Counted from the first letter of the stretch, positions 8,054-18,346 are shown. The stretch is 50,532 nt of DNA from an uncultured Candidatus Micrarchaeota archaeon (GCA_903921825.1 CAIXRF010000107.1:1-50532), one strand, 5' to 3'. The notes: a model not told the origin generated them from the letters alone. A program made the numbers and translations.

Positions 8054-9691
8054 GTGGCTGTAATCACCGTTGGGAAAAAGGACCTCTTGAAGCTTGCGGC
8101 AGTGGAACTCAGCGACGAGGAGCTGGAGAATGCAGTTTCGTCGCTTGGAATGGTTGTGGAGAAAGCGGAAGGCGGCGACCTGTCGATTGACATCACGCCG
8201 AACAGGCCGGACATGCTTTCGGCAGAAGGGCTGGGCCGTGCCATCTCCGCTTTCGTTGAGGAGAAGACCGGGCTTCGCACATACAAAGTGAAGGAGTCCG
8301 GAATCGAAGTTTATGTTGACAAGTCGGTGAAGAGGGTGAGGCCCTTCATCGCTGCTGCGGTTGCGCGGAACGTGAAGCTGGATGATGCGCTCGTGAAGTC
8401 GCTCGCCGGGCTGCAGGAGAAGCTCCATGACACGGTGGGGAGGAAGAGGAGGAAGGTCGCAATCGGCTTCACGGATTTGGAGAAGCTGAAGCCGCCATTC
8501 ACCTACAAGGCTGTCGGGCCATCGGAATCGCCCTTCGTCCCGCTTGAGCAGAAGGAAGCATGGACGCCTGAGAGGATTTTGAAGGAGCTGCCCAAGGGGA
8601 AGGCGTATGGCTACATACTTGAGGGGCGTAAGAGATATCCGCTCATAACTGACAGCGCGGGCAACGTGGTTGCTCTCCCGCCAATAATCACCGCGGAGAC
8701 GGCGAAGATTGGGCCGGAAACGAAGAGTGTATTCATAGATGTTACTGGCACCTCGCAGCGCGCAATCTGGGAATGCCTGAGCATAATCTGCTGCGCGCTT
8801 GCGGACAGGGGCGCGGAAATCCAGTCGGTCTGGGTGAATGACGGGAAGAGATACGCTACTCCCGACCTTTCTCCGGAAGAGTCCGCAGTCCCACTGCGCA
8901 GGATAGACGGGCTGCTTGGAAGGCGCTTCGATGCCGAGGAGGCAAAAGAGCTGCTGGAGAGGATGGGCTACGGCGTTGAGATGGATGAGAAGAAGGCGAA
9001 GCTGCACGTGAAGATTCCGCCGTATCGCACGGACGTGATGCACGAAGTGGATTTAATTGAGGATGTTGCGGTTGCCTTCGGCTACATGAATTTCGCGCCC
9101 ACACTGCCGGACTTCCCGAGCACCGGAGTTCCGAGCGCCAGCGAAGAGAGGGACAACGCGGTGCGGGAGATATTGGTGGGCTTCGGCTTCAACGAGGTGC
9201 TTGCACGGTATATTACGAACAGGCGGGACAATTTCACCAAGCCAGGGATTGGCGAGCATCCCGCAATCCACATAAAGAATCCGCTCACGGAGAACGCAAC
9301 GATGTTCCGCTCGTGGTGCCTCCCATCCCTGCTGGAGATTCTCGGCCTGAACAAGGACCAGAAGATGCCGCAGAGGATTTTCGAGGTCGGTGATGTTGCG
9401 CTGCTTGAAGGCGGGAAGGCCGTTGAGAAGAAGAAGCTCGCCGCTGCAATCTGCGACGCGAAGGCGAGCTTCAGCGAGATGAAGTCGCTCGTTGGGGCAG
9501 TTCTTGCGGAGATGGGAATGAAGTGCGAGTTCGCTGAATTGGACTCGCACCCGACGTTCATTCCGGGAAGGGCGGTCGAGATTCTTAGGGATGGAAAGCC
9601 CGTGGGCGTCTTCGGCGAGGTGCATCCGCAGGCGCTCGCGAATTTCGGGATAGAGCAGCCGGTTGCTGCGCTTGAGATGGAGCTGCCCTAG
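8054..9691 (+). CDS. pheT: Phenylalanyl-tRNA synthetase beta subunit
   Basis: GTG start 1 bp after the pheS stop; PNRPDMLS.EG, QEKLH.T.GR.R, PP.RTDVMHEVDLIED and GE.HP motifs. Confidence 0.96.
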   Translation: MAVITVGKKDLLKLAAVELSDEELENAVSSLGMVVEKAEGGDLSIDITPNRPDMLSAEGLGRAISAFVEEKTGLRTYKVKESGIEVYVDKSVKRVRPFIAAAVARNVKLDDALVKSLAGLQEKLHDTVGRKRRKVAIGFTDLEKLKPPFTYKAVGPSESPFVPLEQKEAWTPERILKELPKGKAYGYILEGRKRYPLITDSAGNVVALPPIITAETAKIGPETKSVFIDVTGTSQRAIWECLSIICCALADRGAEIQSVWVNDGKRYATPDLSPEESAVPLRRIDGLLGRRFDAEEAKELLERMGYGVEMDEKKAKLHVKIPPYRTDVMHEVDLIEDVAVAFGYMNFAPTLPDFPSTGVPSASEERDNAVREILVGFGFNEVLARYITNRRDNFTKPGIGEHPAIHIKNPLTENATMFRSWCLPSLLEILGLNKDQKMPQRIFEVGDVALLEGGKAVEKKKLAAAICDAKASFSEMKSLVGAVLAEMGMKCEFAELDSHPTFIPGRAVEILRDGKPVGVFGEVHPQALANFGIEQPVAALEMELP

Positions 9692-10350
9692 TAGGAATCG
9701 ACCGCAGTGGCGATGCCGCTCAGCGCCTCCGCAACAGCGCGCATCATCTCCATGCTTACCCAAGAGGTTTCCTTCTGCAGATACATGGCGCCGGCATCTA
9801 TGCTTACGCTGCTGTATCCAAGCATGCTTATCGCCTGGTCAATGCCTGTGCGGACCTCGGGCGAGAGCACGCGCTTCGCCCTGAGCGCATCGTTCGTGCT
9901 GATTAGGTATTTTTGGTCGAACTCCGGGACGTCTATCGTAATCTCGTGCGTGAGCCCGACGCCCTTTCCGAGCCAGCTCATCAGCCCTTCGCGCGACACG
10001 CTGAGCGAGAACTGCGGCGCGGTGTTCGTCATCAGCCGCACGTAGAAGTAGGTATGCGTGTGCCTGCTCCTCCCGCCCCCCTCGCTCCTCTGGAAATAAC
10101 CCATCTCCATCGGGTGCCCCTTGTAGTTGCCACGCAGCGAAGGCATGGAGAACCACCCGCCGGGCGTTAACTGCAGCCCGTTCTCCGAGGCGAAGCTGCC
10201 CATTGCCTCGTTGCGCTGCGCGCCCTGGCGGTATGAGAGGAATACGCCGGCGGCTATTATGCCGAAGAAGAGCAGGAAGAACAGCCCGAAGGGGCCCACA
10301 CAGATGAACGGCCCGCAGAGCGCGCCGACTATGTCGCTTCCGTCAGACAT
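9688..10350 (-). CDS. Membrane-anchored hypothetical protein
   Basis: N-terminal TM helix, then a soluble domain (I..PEFD.KY.I). ATG preceded by an AT-rich TATA-like element. Confidence 0.7.
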   Translation of the reverse strand: MSDGSDIVGALCGPFICVGPFGLFFLLFFGIIAAGVFLSYRQGAQRNEAMGSFASENGLQLTPGGWFSMPSLRGNYKGHPMEMGYFQRSEGGGRSRHTHTYFYVRLMTNTAPQFSLSVSREGLMSWLGKGVGLTHEITIDVPEFDQKYLISTNDALRAKRVLSPEVRTGIDQAISMLGYSSVSIDAGAMYLQKETSWVSMEMMRAVAEALSGIATAVDSY

Positions 10351-10397
10351 GCTGCGTTTTTGGGCAGCTTAAAATAAATAGGTGCTGAAATAGCGTC

Positions 10398-11204
10398 ATG
10401 GCGGGTGAGGACATTTGCATGGGCGTAGTCGGGCTCGTCTTTATGTTCCTATTCATGATCATCCCCATGCTCTTCACGTTTGTTCCTTTCGTTGTCTTCT
10501 TCCTAATCGTGGCCACAGTCATCTACGGGTTCTTCCGAATGGTGCGGCCGACCAGCGGCCCCGGCGGAATATTCCTCGGAGGCGCAAGGGCGGACCTGGA
10601 CTCAGTGGAGGCTGGAGTCGTCCTGGGCATGAACCCCCTGCGCATCATCGGGATGATAGTGATGTCGCTAGTGCGCAAGGGGCAACTGCGTGTGAAATCC
10701 ACGAACCCCCTCAGGGTGGAGGCGGTGCCAGCGGACGAGCGCGACGCGGAGCTGTGCAGGTCATGCGGTGCGCCTCTCGGGAAGGGCGCGGAAAAATGCG
10801 ACTACTGCGGCGTGGGCGTGGCGGAAACCGAGGAGCTGGCGTATTACGAGAGCGCCTTCCTGGAGAATGCCATCAGCATTGATGGCACGTTGGACGAGGG
10901 CGGGGCGAACGGCGTGATAAGGATGCTCGAGTCGCAGGTGGAGTCGAAAATGGCCGGTTGCTCCGGCGATGCGACAAGGGAGTTTTACATGAAGAAGCTT
11001 GACGGACTCTGGCGCGAGCTCGGGTCCGCGCCCGACGACGCGAAGGCATACAGCTTCGGCAGGAATGCGGGCTGGCTTGCGCTGGACACTGAATTCAGCG
11101 AGAAGACGATGCGCTTCGCGGATGACAAGCGAGTTTCGCGCCTCGTTGGCGCGCTCAGGGAAACGGTTGAAGACTCGGGGATTGACGAGAAGAACCTTGG
11201 CTGA
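10398..11204 (+). CDS. Membrane protein with zinc-ribbon (CxxC...CxxC) domain
   Basis: Long N-terminal hydrophobic segment; CRSCGAPL...CDYCG. Confidence 0.75.
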   Translation: MAGEDICMGVVGLVFMFLFMIIPMLFTFVPFVVFFLIVATVIYGFFRMVRPTSGPGGIFLGGARADLDSVEAGVVLGMNPLRIIGMIVMSLVRKGQLRVKSTNPLRVEAVPADERDAELCRSCGAPLGKGAEKCDYCGVGVAETEELAYYESAFLENAISIDGTLDEGGANGVIRMLESQVESKMAGCSGDATREFYMKKLDGLWRELGSAPDDAKAYSFGRNAGWLALDTEFSEKTMRFADDKRVSRLVGALRETVEDSGIDEKNLG

Positions 11205-11213
11205 GGTGATGAA

Positions 11214-11405
11214 ATGGTGAAGAAAAAGGGGATGAGCAGGCTCGAGGAACCGAAGCAGGTTGACCTTTACAAGGAGGAGCTTGCGGAAACGCTCGTGGAG
11301 GCCGGGACTGCGAGCTCCGGGTGGACGGAAGAGCGCGATGCGGACAGGCGTGCCGAAGCGCTGGACGGGGACAAAGCAGCGAAGAAGAAAAAGGGGAAGA
11401 AGTAG
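11214..11405 (+). CDS. Small hypothetical protein with basic termini
   Basis: GAGGTGA RBS at 11204-11210; fills the gap between flanking co-oriented genes. Confidence 0.6.
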   Translation: MVKKKGMSRLEEPKQVDLYKEELAETLVEAGTASSGWTEERDADRRAEALDGDKAAKKKKGKK

Positions 11406-11423
11406 GTGGGAAAGTTGGTGGGT

Positions 11424-13514
11424 ATGCCGGAAGTGCAGAAGCGCGATGGAAGAATCGTCCCTTTTGACCAGTCGAAGATAGGGAACGCGGTCCTGAAGGC
11501 CATGGCTTCCGTGGGCAGGAAGGATGATGGGGCTGCGGCGAGGATTGCCAGTGAGGTCGCGGAGGCGGCTGGGAAAAGATTTGCACATCGGATTCCGCAC
11601 GTCGAGGAGATTCAAGATTTGGTTGAGGAGGCACTAGTCAGGAACCGGCTCGCTGGCGTGGCAAAATCGTATATTCTCTACAGGAAGATGAGGAGCGAGG
11701 AGCGCGAAATCAAGACGTTCTTCGGCGTGAAGGACGACCTGAAGCTCGGGATAAACGCAGTGAAGGTGCTCCAGAAGCGCTACCTCCTGAAGGACGGGAA
11801 GGGGAACGTGATGGAGACGCCGAGCGGGCTCTTCAGACGGGTAGCGAAGGCGGTTGCGAAAGCGGAAAAGGCGGCGGCAAGGAAGAAGCTTGCGGACGAT
11901 TTCTACTCCGCGATGGCCGGGAGGGAGTTCATGCCCAACTCGCCCACGCTCATGAACGCGGGGACGGAGCTGGGGCAGCTGAGCGCGTGCTTCGTTCTCC
12001 CGGTTGAGGACTCGCTGCACGGAATCTTCGGCTCGATTGAGAACATGGCGATAATACAGCAGAGTGGGGGAGGAACGGGCTTCTCCTTCTCTAGGCTCAG
12101 GCCCAGGGGTGATCTGGTGAAGTCCACGATGGGCGTGGCGAGCGGGCCGGTTTCGTTCATGGGCGTGTTCAACGCAGCGACCGATGTGATAAAGCAGGGT
12201 GGAAGGAGGAGGGGCGCGAACATGGGCGTGCTGCGCTGTGACCACCCGGATATACTTGACTTCATCGCATGCAAGGAAAAGCCGGGCGCGTTCGCAAACT
12301 TCAACATCTCAGTGGCTGCAACGGACGCATTCATGCACGCGGTAAAGGCCGACCGCGAGTATGCGCTCATAAGCCCGCGGAGCGGGAAGGTAGTGCGCAG
12401 GCTGAGCGCAAGGGCGGTTTTCAACTTCATATGCACTATGGCGTGGGAAACGGGCGACCCGGGGCTCATTTTCATAGACGAGGTGAACCGGAGGCATCCT
12501 CTCAGGAAGGCCGGGAAAATAGAGGCTACGAACCCGTGCGGCGAGCAGCCGCTCCTTCCATACGAGTCTTGCAACCTTGGGAGCATAAACCTGGAGAAGG
12601 TGGCGACGGAGAAAGGGGAAATTGACTGGGAGAAGCTCGGCGGGCTCGTGTCGCTGGGGGTAAGGTTCCTCGACGATGTCGTGGAAATGAACCGCTACCC
12701 TGTCCCGGAGATAGAGAAGGTCACGAGGGCGAACAGGAAGATAGGCCTCGGCGTTATGGGCTTCGCTGACATGCTCACCAAGATGCGCATCGCCTACGAC
12801 TCGAAGGAGGGGGTGCGCAACGGGGAGAAGGTGATTAAGTTCGTATTCGGTGAGGCGAGGAAGGCCGATGAGGAGCTCGCGAAGGAGAGGGGTGCGTTCC
12901 CGAACTTCAGGAAGAGCATGTGGAAGACAAGGATGAGGAATGCCACGGTGTGCACGGTCGCGCCCACGGGAACGATAAGCATAATCGCGGGCTGCTCGTC
13001 GGGGATAGAGCCGCTCTTCGCCATCTCCTTCGTGCGCGACGTTATGGAGGGCACGAGGCTCCTGGAAACGAACGCGCAGTTCGAGAGGATTGCGAGGGAG
13101 CGCGGGTTCTACTCGCGCGACCTGATGATGAAGATAGCAAGGAAGGGGAGCATCGCCGGAATCGGCGAGGTGCCGAAGGACGTGCGCGAGGTCTTCGTGA
13201 CCGCGCTGGACATCGCGCCCGAATGGCACGTGAAGATGCAGGCTGCGTTCCAGAGGCACTGCGACAATGCGGTGAGCAAGACAATCAACCTTCCGCGCGA
13301 CGCCTCGCCCGAGGACGTGAAGAAGGCCTACATGCTGGCATACGAGTTGAAATGCAAGGGGATAACCATCTACAGGTATGGGAGCAAGCCCGAGCAGGTC
13401 CTATACATCGGCGGGCCGGAAGAGGGGAAGACGTTTGAGAAAGGGTTCGTGAGCGCGGACAGCGAATTCTCGGGCGGCTGCCCCGCGCCCGTCTGCCCGC
13501 CGGCCATGGTCTAG
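11424..13514 (+). CDS. nrdJ: Class II (adenosylcobalamin-dependent) ribonucleotide reductase with ATP cone
   Basis: ATP cone VQKRDGRIVPFD..KI; PNSPTLMNAG..GQLSACF, GGGTGFSFS, QGGRRRGANM, TNPCGEQ, APTGTIS; C-terminal CPAPVC pair. Alternative GTG start at 11406. Confidence 0.95.
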   Translation: MPEVQKRDGRIVPFDQSKIGNAVLKAMASVGRKDDGAAARIASEVAEAAGKRFAHRIPHVEEIQDLVEEALVRNRLAGVAKSYILYRKMRSEEREIKTFFGVKDDLKLGINAVKVLQKRYLLKDGKGNVMETPSGLFRRVAKAVAKAEKAAARKKLADDFYSAMAGREFMPNSPTLMNAGTELGQLSACFVLPVEDSLHGIFGSIENMAIIQQSGGGTGFSFSRLRPRGDLVKSTMGVASGPVSFMGVFNAATDVIKQGGRRRGANMGVLRCDHPDILDFIACKEKPGAFANFNISVAATDAFMHAVKADREYALISPRSGKVVRRLSARAVFNFICTMAWETGDPGLIFIDEVNRRHPLRKAGKIEATNPCGEQPLLPYESCNLGSINLEKVATEKGEIDWEKLGGLVSLGVRFLDDVVEMNRYPVPEIEKVTRANRKIGLGVMGFADMLTKMRIAYDSKEGVRNGEKVIKFVFGEARKADEELAKERGAFPNFRKSMWKTRMRNATVCTVAPTGTISIIAGCSSGIEPLFAISFVRDVMEGTRLLETNAQFERIARERGFYSRDLMMKIARKGSIAGIGEVPKDVREVFVTALDIAPEWHVKMQAAFQRHCDNAVSKTINLPRDASPEDVKKAYMLAYELKCKGITIYRYGSKPEQVLYIGGPEEGKTFEKGFVSADSEFSGGCPAPVCPPAMV

Positions 13515-15607
13515 TCCGCGAGGCGGAGCGCCGGGATTGTGATGTGCGCCAGCGTAGGAGAATACGACTCCCGTATCATCCTCCATTCGGAGTTGGATGT
13601 TGTGATGAGAAGAGCATTCGGCACCGAAAGGCCGACCCTGTCCTGCAGGTGCTCGCTGCGCGCAATGAGCGAAATGAGATAGAGATCGGCCGAGCGCGTC
13701 CTCATGTAATGCAGCTCCGGGAAATTCTCCTTCGGGTAGCCCAGCGCCATGGCGACGTGCGAGGAGAGCTTGTCTGCCGAGTGAATGACCTTCTCTCTTA
13801 CTTTCTCCGCCTCGGGATCCAGCCCTGCCTTCCAGACGATTTCCTCGGGGCCTTCCGGAAACTGGCCGTAGCCTGCTGAGGCGGGCATGAACTGCTCACG
13901 CAGGTTGCTCATCCGCTCCATCCTGAAGCCATGCTTCTGCGCAGTTTCGGAGATGGACGCGAAGTATTGCCGCGATTCCTCAAACTTGTCAATAGGTAGG
14001 GCGGTGTCGCAGAAGATTATTGTGACGTGGGCCTTAACCCCCAAGCCGTTCAGCGCATGCACCATCTTTTGCAACTTTGCGAGTGTTGCTTGGTCGCTGG
14101 TTGCAGTTGCACGCAGCTGCCTCAGCGGCTTCCACGCCACCAGGATGCTGATTTGATGGTCATATGCTGTATTGTGGGAGAGTTCCTCCAGCGCCGCGCG
14201 GAGCGGCGGCTCCTTGCAGAACCGCGGCGCCCTAAGGATACTTGCGATGGCGCTTGCGCGCTTCGCAACCGGGTCGTGCTCGGACAGAATCATTGAGAGG
14301 GAGGGGTGCGTGATATGGGGGCTGGTTTCTGCCCAATTCATCAGCCCTGCTTCGGCTGAAGACTTGAACCAAGGCAGGTCGCTTTTCCTGCTTCCGGCAT
14401 AGGGGTAGATGTAGACAACGGGTATCGGTTCAGCATAAAGATGCTTCTCCCTCTCCCTGTTGCTGGCGAAGCTGAGGAATATTGCATTCGGGCACCATCT
14501 CTGGAAAAGCCTTGACTCGAACCGCCTCCTTCCCAAGTACTCCTCCGCCACAATCTCCTTCGTCTTTGCCTCCTTCCGCACGAAGAAGGAATGCTTGCCA
14601 GCTGCCCGCTCGAGCAGGGACGCATACTCCGGCTCTTCTTCAAGTATCCTATGCGCCTTCTCATGCTCCTCGGCCCAGATTTCCGTGCGCTTGTTCTGCC
14701 ATCCCACACCCACATGGCGCTCGTATATCTCGGATAGCAGCGTCACCTTTAGCCCATGCTTTTTCGCGAGGCCATAAAGCGTCATTTCTCCTGCATTGGA
14801 CTCCTTGTTTCCTATGTAGCGGTAGACATCCTCAAGCCGCTTGCCCGCGAAGTCGGCTGCATGGACGTCTGCGACTATTATCTCAATCGACGTCTTGGGG
14901 TAGACTGTGCGGATGCGCCTTTGCAAAATCTCGAGGTTTTCCATCGCCTTCTCGTCCCAGATGTTTGCAGTTCCGTCGTCGACCGATTTTGCCGCGCCCC
15001 AGATAATGAACAGCCTAAGTTCCTTATCTTTGGACACACACCCCTGGATGCGGTTCTTCAGCCCGCGCTCATTCAGCACGTCCCCCTTTGCTTCCGGACC
15101 CTGGGACAGTGTAAACATTATGAAGTCGCGTTGCGCCGAGTTGTCGGCATTGGCAAATGCGCGTATAACCCGCTCTGCAAGCTGCGCTTCGTACCCGCCT
15201 ATCTTAAGATGGGTTAGGAGGTGCCTGGTAATCTTGCCGAAGTCGGGGCTGGTGACCCTTTGCCTTAGCGCCTCGGCGAGCGCCAGGCACTCTGACTTCT
15301 TTTTTTCCTCGCGTGTGGGGGGCACCCACCGCTTGGCGTCCTCGGACTGCGACGTGGCATCTGCTTTAACCTGCTCTGCACGCCCTTTTGCCTCGGTGAA
15401 GCGGTACCAGGTGATGGTGAAAAGGAGCTTGTCGCGGCTATACAGGTTGAGCAGCCATTTCGCCGCACCATAGAACGCTGAGGGCACGCGTAGCTCGTCT
15501 ACCCGTTTTGCAAAGAGCGGGAAAATTTCGTTTGCCCTGCTCTCCAAATCGCTGACGCTCGTGGTTTTGCCCTTCTCCTGCGGCGGAAACGACACTACTT
15601 TGGGCAT
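13511..15607 (-). CDS. Hypothetical protein with two tandem domains resembling DIT1/PvcA isonitrile synthases
   Basis: Domain 1: FIIWGAAKS...DEKAMENL..L...I..VYP...IEIIVAD.HA.D..G...DV..Y...PW. Domain 2 repeats the pattern (D...L..L......VTIIFCD......Y...I...A.KHG....MS). Family assignment is remote and by eye. Confidence 0.55.
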   Translation of the reverse strand: MPKVVSFPPQEKGKTTSVSDLESRANEIFPLFAKRVDELRVPSAFYGAAKWLLNLYSRDKLLFTITWYRFTEAKGRAEQVKADATSQSEDAKRWVPPTREEKKKSECLALAEALRQRVTSPDFGKITRHLLTHLKIGGYEAQLAERVIRAFANADNSAQRDFIMFTLSQGPEAKGDVLNERGLKNRIQGCVSKDKELRLFIIWGAAKSVDDGTANIWDEKAMENLEILQRRIRTVYPKTSIEIIVADVHAADFAGKRLEDVYRYIGNKESNAGEMTLYGLAKKHGLKVTLLSEIYERHVGVGWQNKRTEIWAEEHEKAHRILEEEPEYASLLERAAGKHSFFVRKEAKTKEIVAEEYLGRRRFESRLFQRWCPNAIFLSFASNREREKHLYAEPIPVVYIYPYAGSRKSDLPWFKSSAEAGLMNWAETSPHITHPSLSMILSEHDPVAKRASAIASILRAPRFCKEPPLRAALEELSHNTAYDHQISILVAWKPLRQLRATATSDQATLAKLQKMVHALNGLGVKAHVTIIFCDTALPIDKFEESRQYFASISETAQKHGFRMERMSNLREQFMPASAGYGQFPEGPEEIVWKAGLDPEAEKVREKVIHSADKLSSHVAMALGYPKENFPELHYMRTRSADLYLISLIARSEHLQDRVGLSVPNALLITTSNSEWRMIRESYSPTLAHITIPALRLAD

Positions 15608-15656
15608 ACATGGAATTTGGAAAAAGAAGTATAAAAGGCGCGAGGATTACGCTGCT

Positions 15657-16598
15657 CTACGCCTGTAATCCGGCCCGCTGCTTATACGATTCGCCTTCAT
15701 CATACACTTTCAGCTCGGCTGGCCTTGCGTTCGTTATCACGACGTGTAGGAGGAAGGCGCCTTTGCCATCGCGTTCCCCGCTCATCTTGCTGTCCAGCAC
15801 GCCTCTGTCTTTGTAGTACTTCTTCAATACCCCGAACTCATGGTCTGAAGGCGTCCGTATCACGAAGTCCTGGTCGCACTTCGGAAATGACTCGGCCTTT
15901 GCACCTTCCGGCGTCTGGCGGAAGGCTTTGACGAAAACATTGTGCAACACATCAATGGCTTCGTCTGAGGAGTAGCGCTGCTTCAATTTCTTGAAATAGT
16001 CATCAAGCTTCGCCTCGTAATGTGCCTGCCCCCTCTCCTGCTCGTACATGTCGAGTACTGCGAGAAGGCTGCGGCCCATGCCTTTTATGGTGCCTGTGCC
16101 TTTGATGTCATGGTAAGAGAGGTCGGGGTTTGACCAGAAGCCGTTGTCGGATATTTGGCCCTCTTCATCATAGCGCGTCTTGTCCATGTCAACTATTTGC
16201 GGATCGCCATTGTCCATGTCAGCTGTGGCGTATATCATCGTGCCGTGCACAGTCCCGTCGGAATGGTACTTCAGGACGCGGTCCATGCGGCAGCCCTTCA
16301 CGCCGTCAATCCACATGTTCGCGCTCACATACTCTACCCGGTCGATGCCAAGCTCTTCCTTGGTTTCGTCCGGAGGCCGTTCGAGCCTGCGTATCTTTAT
16401 CAGGCATACCCTGTCCGACTCCTCAAACTGCTCGCCCTTCTCCTTGCGCCTCATCAGCATGAACTTCGCGCCTTCCTTGGAGCAGGCGGCCTCGAAGTCC
16501 GCTGGGAACCTGAACTCCGTTATGGGTTTGGGTCGCTCCATCTCACCAAGAGGTGGTGGGAATGTCTGCTTTGCAGTTTCCCGGTGCATGTTGCCCAT
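15657..16598 (-). CDS. Hypothetical protein, possibly a divergent GNAT acetyltransferase
   Basis: IKGMGRSLL resembles GNAT motif A and LKKYYKDRG resembles motif B. TTTATATA about 25 bp upstream of ATG 16598. Confidence 0.5.
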   Translation of the reverse strand: MGNMHRETAKQTFPPPLGEMERPKPITEFRFPADFEAACSKEGAKFMLMRRKEKGEQFEESDRVCLIKIRRLERPPDETKEELGIDRVEYVSANMWIDGVKGCRMDRVLKYHSDGTVHGTMIYATADMDNGDPQIVDMDKTRYDEEGQISDNGFWSNPDLSYHDIKGTGTIKGMGRSLLAVLDMYEQERGQAHYEAKLDDYFKKLKQRYSSDEAIDVLHNVFVKAFRQTPEGAKAESFPKCDQDFVIRTPSDHEFGVLKKYYKDRGVLDSKMSGERDGKGAFLLHVVITNARPAELKVYDEGESYKQRAGLQA

Positions 16599-16692
16599 CA
16601 CACTAAAAGTGCGCATTTTCGGTATATAAACGCCGTGCCATAGCACTTTTTATACTTTGACTGCGGATATAGGGAAAAAGTTATGTGATTCC

Positions 16693-17793
16693 ATGGCTGG
16701 CGCAGACAACCTCACTCCGACCGAGGCGAAAGTCCTCGTGGAGCTTATTGCACACCAGAACGACAGCGACAAAAGTATAGCCGAGGGGCTCGGGATGGCG
16801 CCGAGCAATTTCGCTGTCGCAAAGCGGCGGCTCGCGGAGAAGGGAATCCTGAACGAGCAGATACGCATAAACGTGCATAAAGTACGTGAAGCTCAGGTCG
16901 CTGGCTTTGTCTGGCTCGAATACAACCGCCCCATCAGGGCGAAGTTCAAAGCGGAACTGGATAAGATAAGGAGTAACTTTGCCGTCGCATACACGTTCGG
17001 GGGGCCTGACTGGTCCCTTAACGTGGACTATTTCAAAACGTTTGACGACGCCGAGGATGTGCGGCTCAGGCTTGCGGAATACCTCCAGAGGAAGCTTTCC
17101 AACTACCTCAGCGGCTATATCTGGAAGGTGGTGCCCATGTCGCACCTGACGAGCTGCACGTTCCAGAGCAGGCTTCTCGAATATTCCATCACGCACAAGG
17201 CAAGAGAGCCGGACCTGAACAGGCCAGGCTCGGGCGACTGCTGCACAATGCCGCAGCCGAAGGAGACCATGCCTACCCTCAACGCGACGGAAAAAAGGGC
17301 TTTGGTTGCGATGAGGCGCTTCCCGCACCTGAAGAAGGGCGAGATTGCCGCGAAGGTGGGGATACAGCAGAGCTCGCTTTCGGAGGTTTTCAGGCAGTTG
17401 CAGAAGAAGGGGGTCATCAACTACGTGCGCTCGGTGGACCCTGCAAGGGTCCCGGGAAGGGAAATGGCTACCTTCGCGTGGATAGACCTGAAGCAGCCGA
17501 TGCCTGCCAGCCAGGAAAAGGAGATTATTGGCAAGCTTGCTGAGGCTACTCCGCAGCTCTACAAGCTCCACTACACGAGAACGTTCGTGCTCGCGAATTC
17601 GTTCTTCAAGTCGCTGGACAAGGTGGAAACCTCGCGCCTCAGCATGCTCGAGCTGTTCGGAGACAACGTCAAGAGCTTCAACTTCAAGGTCGTTCCGTGT
17701 GCGCACCTCACGCTGGATCACACGCCCTACTTCATGGAGTATATTTACGGCGTGCACTTCGCGCCGCCCGGTACGCCTTTCCACCTGAAATAG
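16693..17793 (+). CDS. Transcriptional regulator with two winged-HTH plus Lrp/AsnC-like ligand modules
   Basis: LTPTEAKVL...SIAEGLGMAPSN...KRRLAEKGIL and LNATEKRAL...EIAAKVGIQQSSLSE...LQKKGVI, each followed by an alpha/beta domain. Confidence 0.8.
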   Translation: MAGADNLTPTEAKVLVELIAHQNDSDKSIAEGLGMAPSNFAVAKRRLAEKGILNEQIRINVHKVREAQVAGFVWLEYNRPIRAKFKAELDKIRSNFAVAYTFGGPDWSLNVDYFKTFDDAEDVRLRLAEYLQRKLSNYLSGYIWKVVPMSHLTSCTFQSRLLEYSITHKAREPDLNRPGSGDCCTMPQPKETMPTLNATEKRALVAMRRFPHLKKGEIAAKVGIQQSSLSEVFRQLQKKGVINYVRSVDPARVPGREMATFAWIDLKQPMPASQEKEIIGKLAEATPQLYKLHYTRTFVLANSFFKSLDKVETSRLSMLELFGDNVKSFNFKVVPCAHLTLDHTPYFMEYIYGVHFAPPGTPFHLK

Positions 17794-17794
17794 G

Positions 17795-18271
17795 CTAGCC
17801 CAGCCTGAGGTGGAGCAGCGACTTCTCGGCCTGCAGCCGCACCAACTCCGACTTGTCGGATTCAGCGGCCTTCGCGAGTGCGGAGATGACTTCGGGGGAG
17901 CCAAAGTTCGCGAGCGCCTCCGCGCACTCCTCCCGCACTTTGGCGACCTTGTCCTTTTTCAGCGCCGAGAGGAGCGGCTTCACTGCCTTTGCATCGCGTA
18001 GCCTGCCGAGCGCGAGCGCGGCCTCGTGCCTCTCCTCCGGGGATTTTGCAGAAATGAGCATCACGGCAAGCCTGCCGACCGTCTTCTTGTCACCTATCCT
18101 GCCAAGCGCCCAGCAGGCGAGCACGCTTATCTCCCCGTCGCCAAGCGCCTCAAGCAGGGCGGGAACGGCCTTCCTCGGCCTGAGCCTTCCGAGCTCGAGC
18201 GCCGCCTCCATCCTCTCGCCAATGTCGGGGCTTTTCAGCATCCCCATGAGCTTCGCGATGTTGGCAGCCAC
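17795..18271 (-). CDS. HEAT-repeat (PBS lyase-like) protein
   Basis: Repeated R..AA.ALG.L....AV..L...L.D units; TTTAAA box about 25 bp upstream of the GTG. Confidence 0.85.
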   Translation of the reverse strand: MAANIAKLMGMLKSPDIGERMEAALELGRLRPRKAVPALLEALGDGEISVLACWALGRIGDKKTVGRLAVMLISAKSPEERHEAALALGRLRDAKAVKPLLSALKKDKVAKVREECAEALANFGSPEVISALAKAAESDKSELVRLQAEKSLLHLRLG

Positions 18272-18346
18272 GGTTTCTCTTTCCGATGTGCGATTTAAAT
18301 ACTTTCATGGGCATTACCCCCTTGCGAAAAAAGTTATGCGTGATGG

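Noticed and set aside
17853-18346. Long N-terminus of the 17853-18602 ORF
   Set aside because: It is antisense to the HEAT-repeat gene; homology to the paralogous regulator begins only at about 18347.
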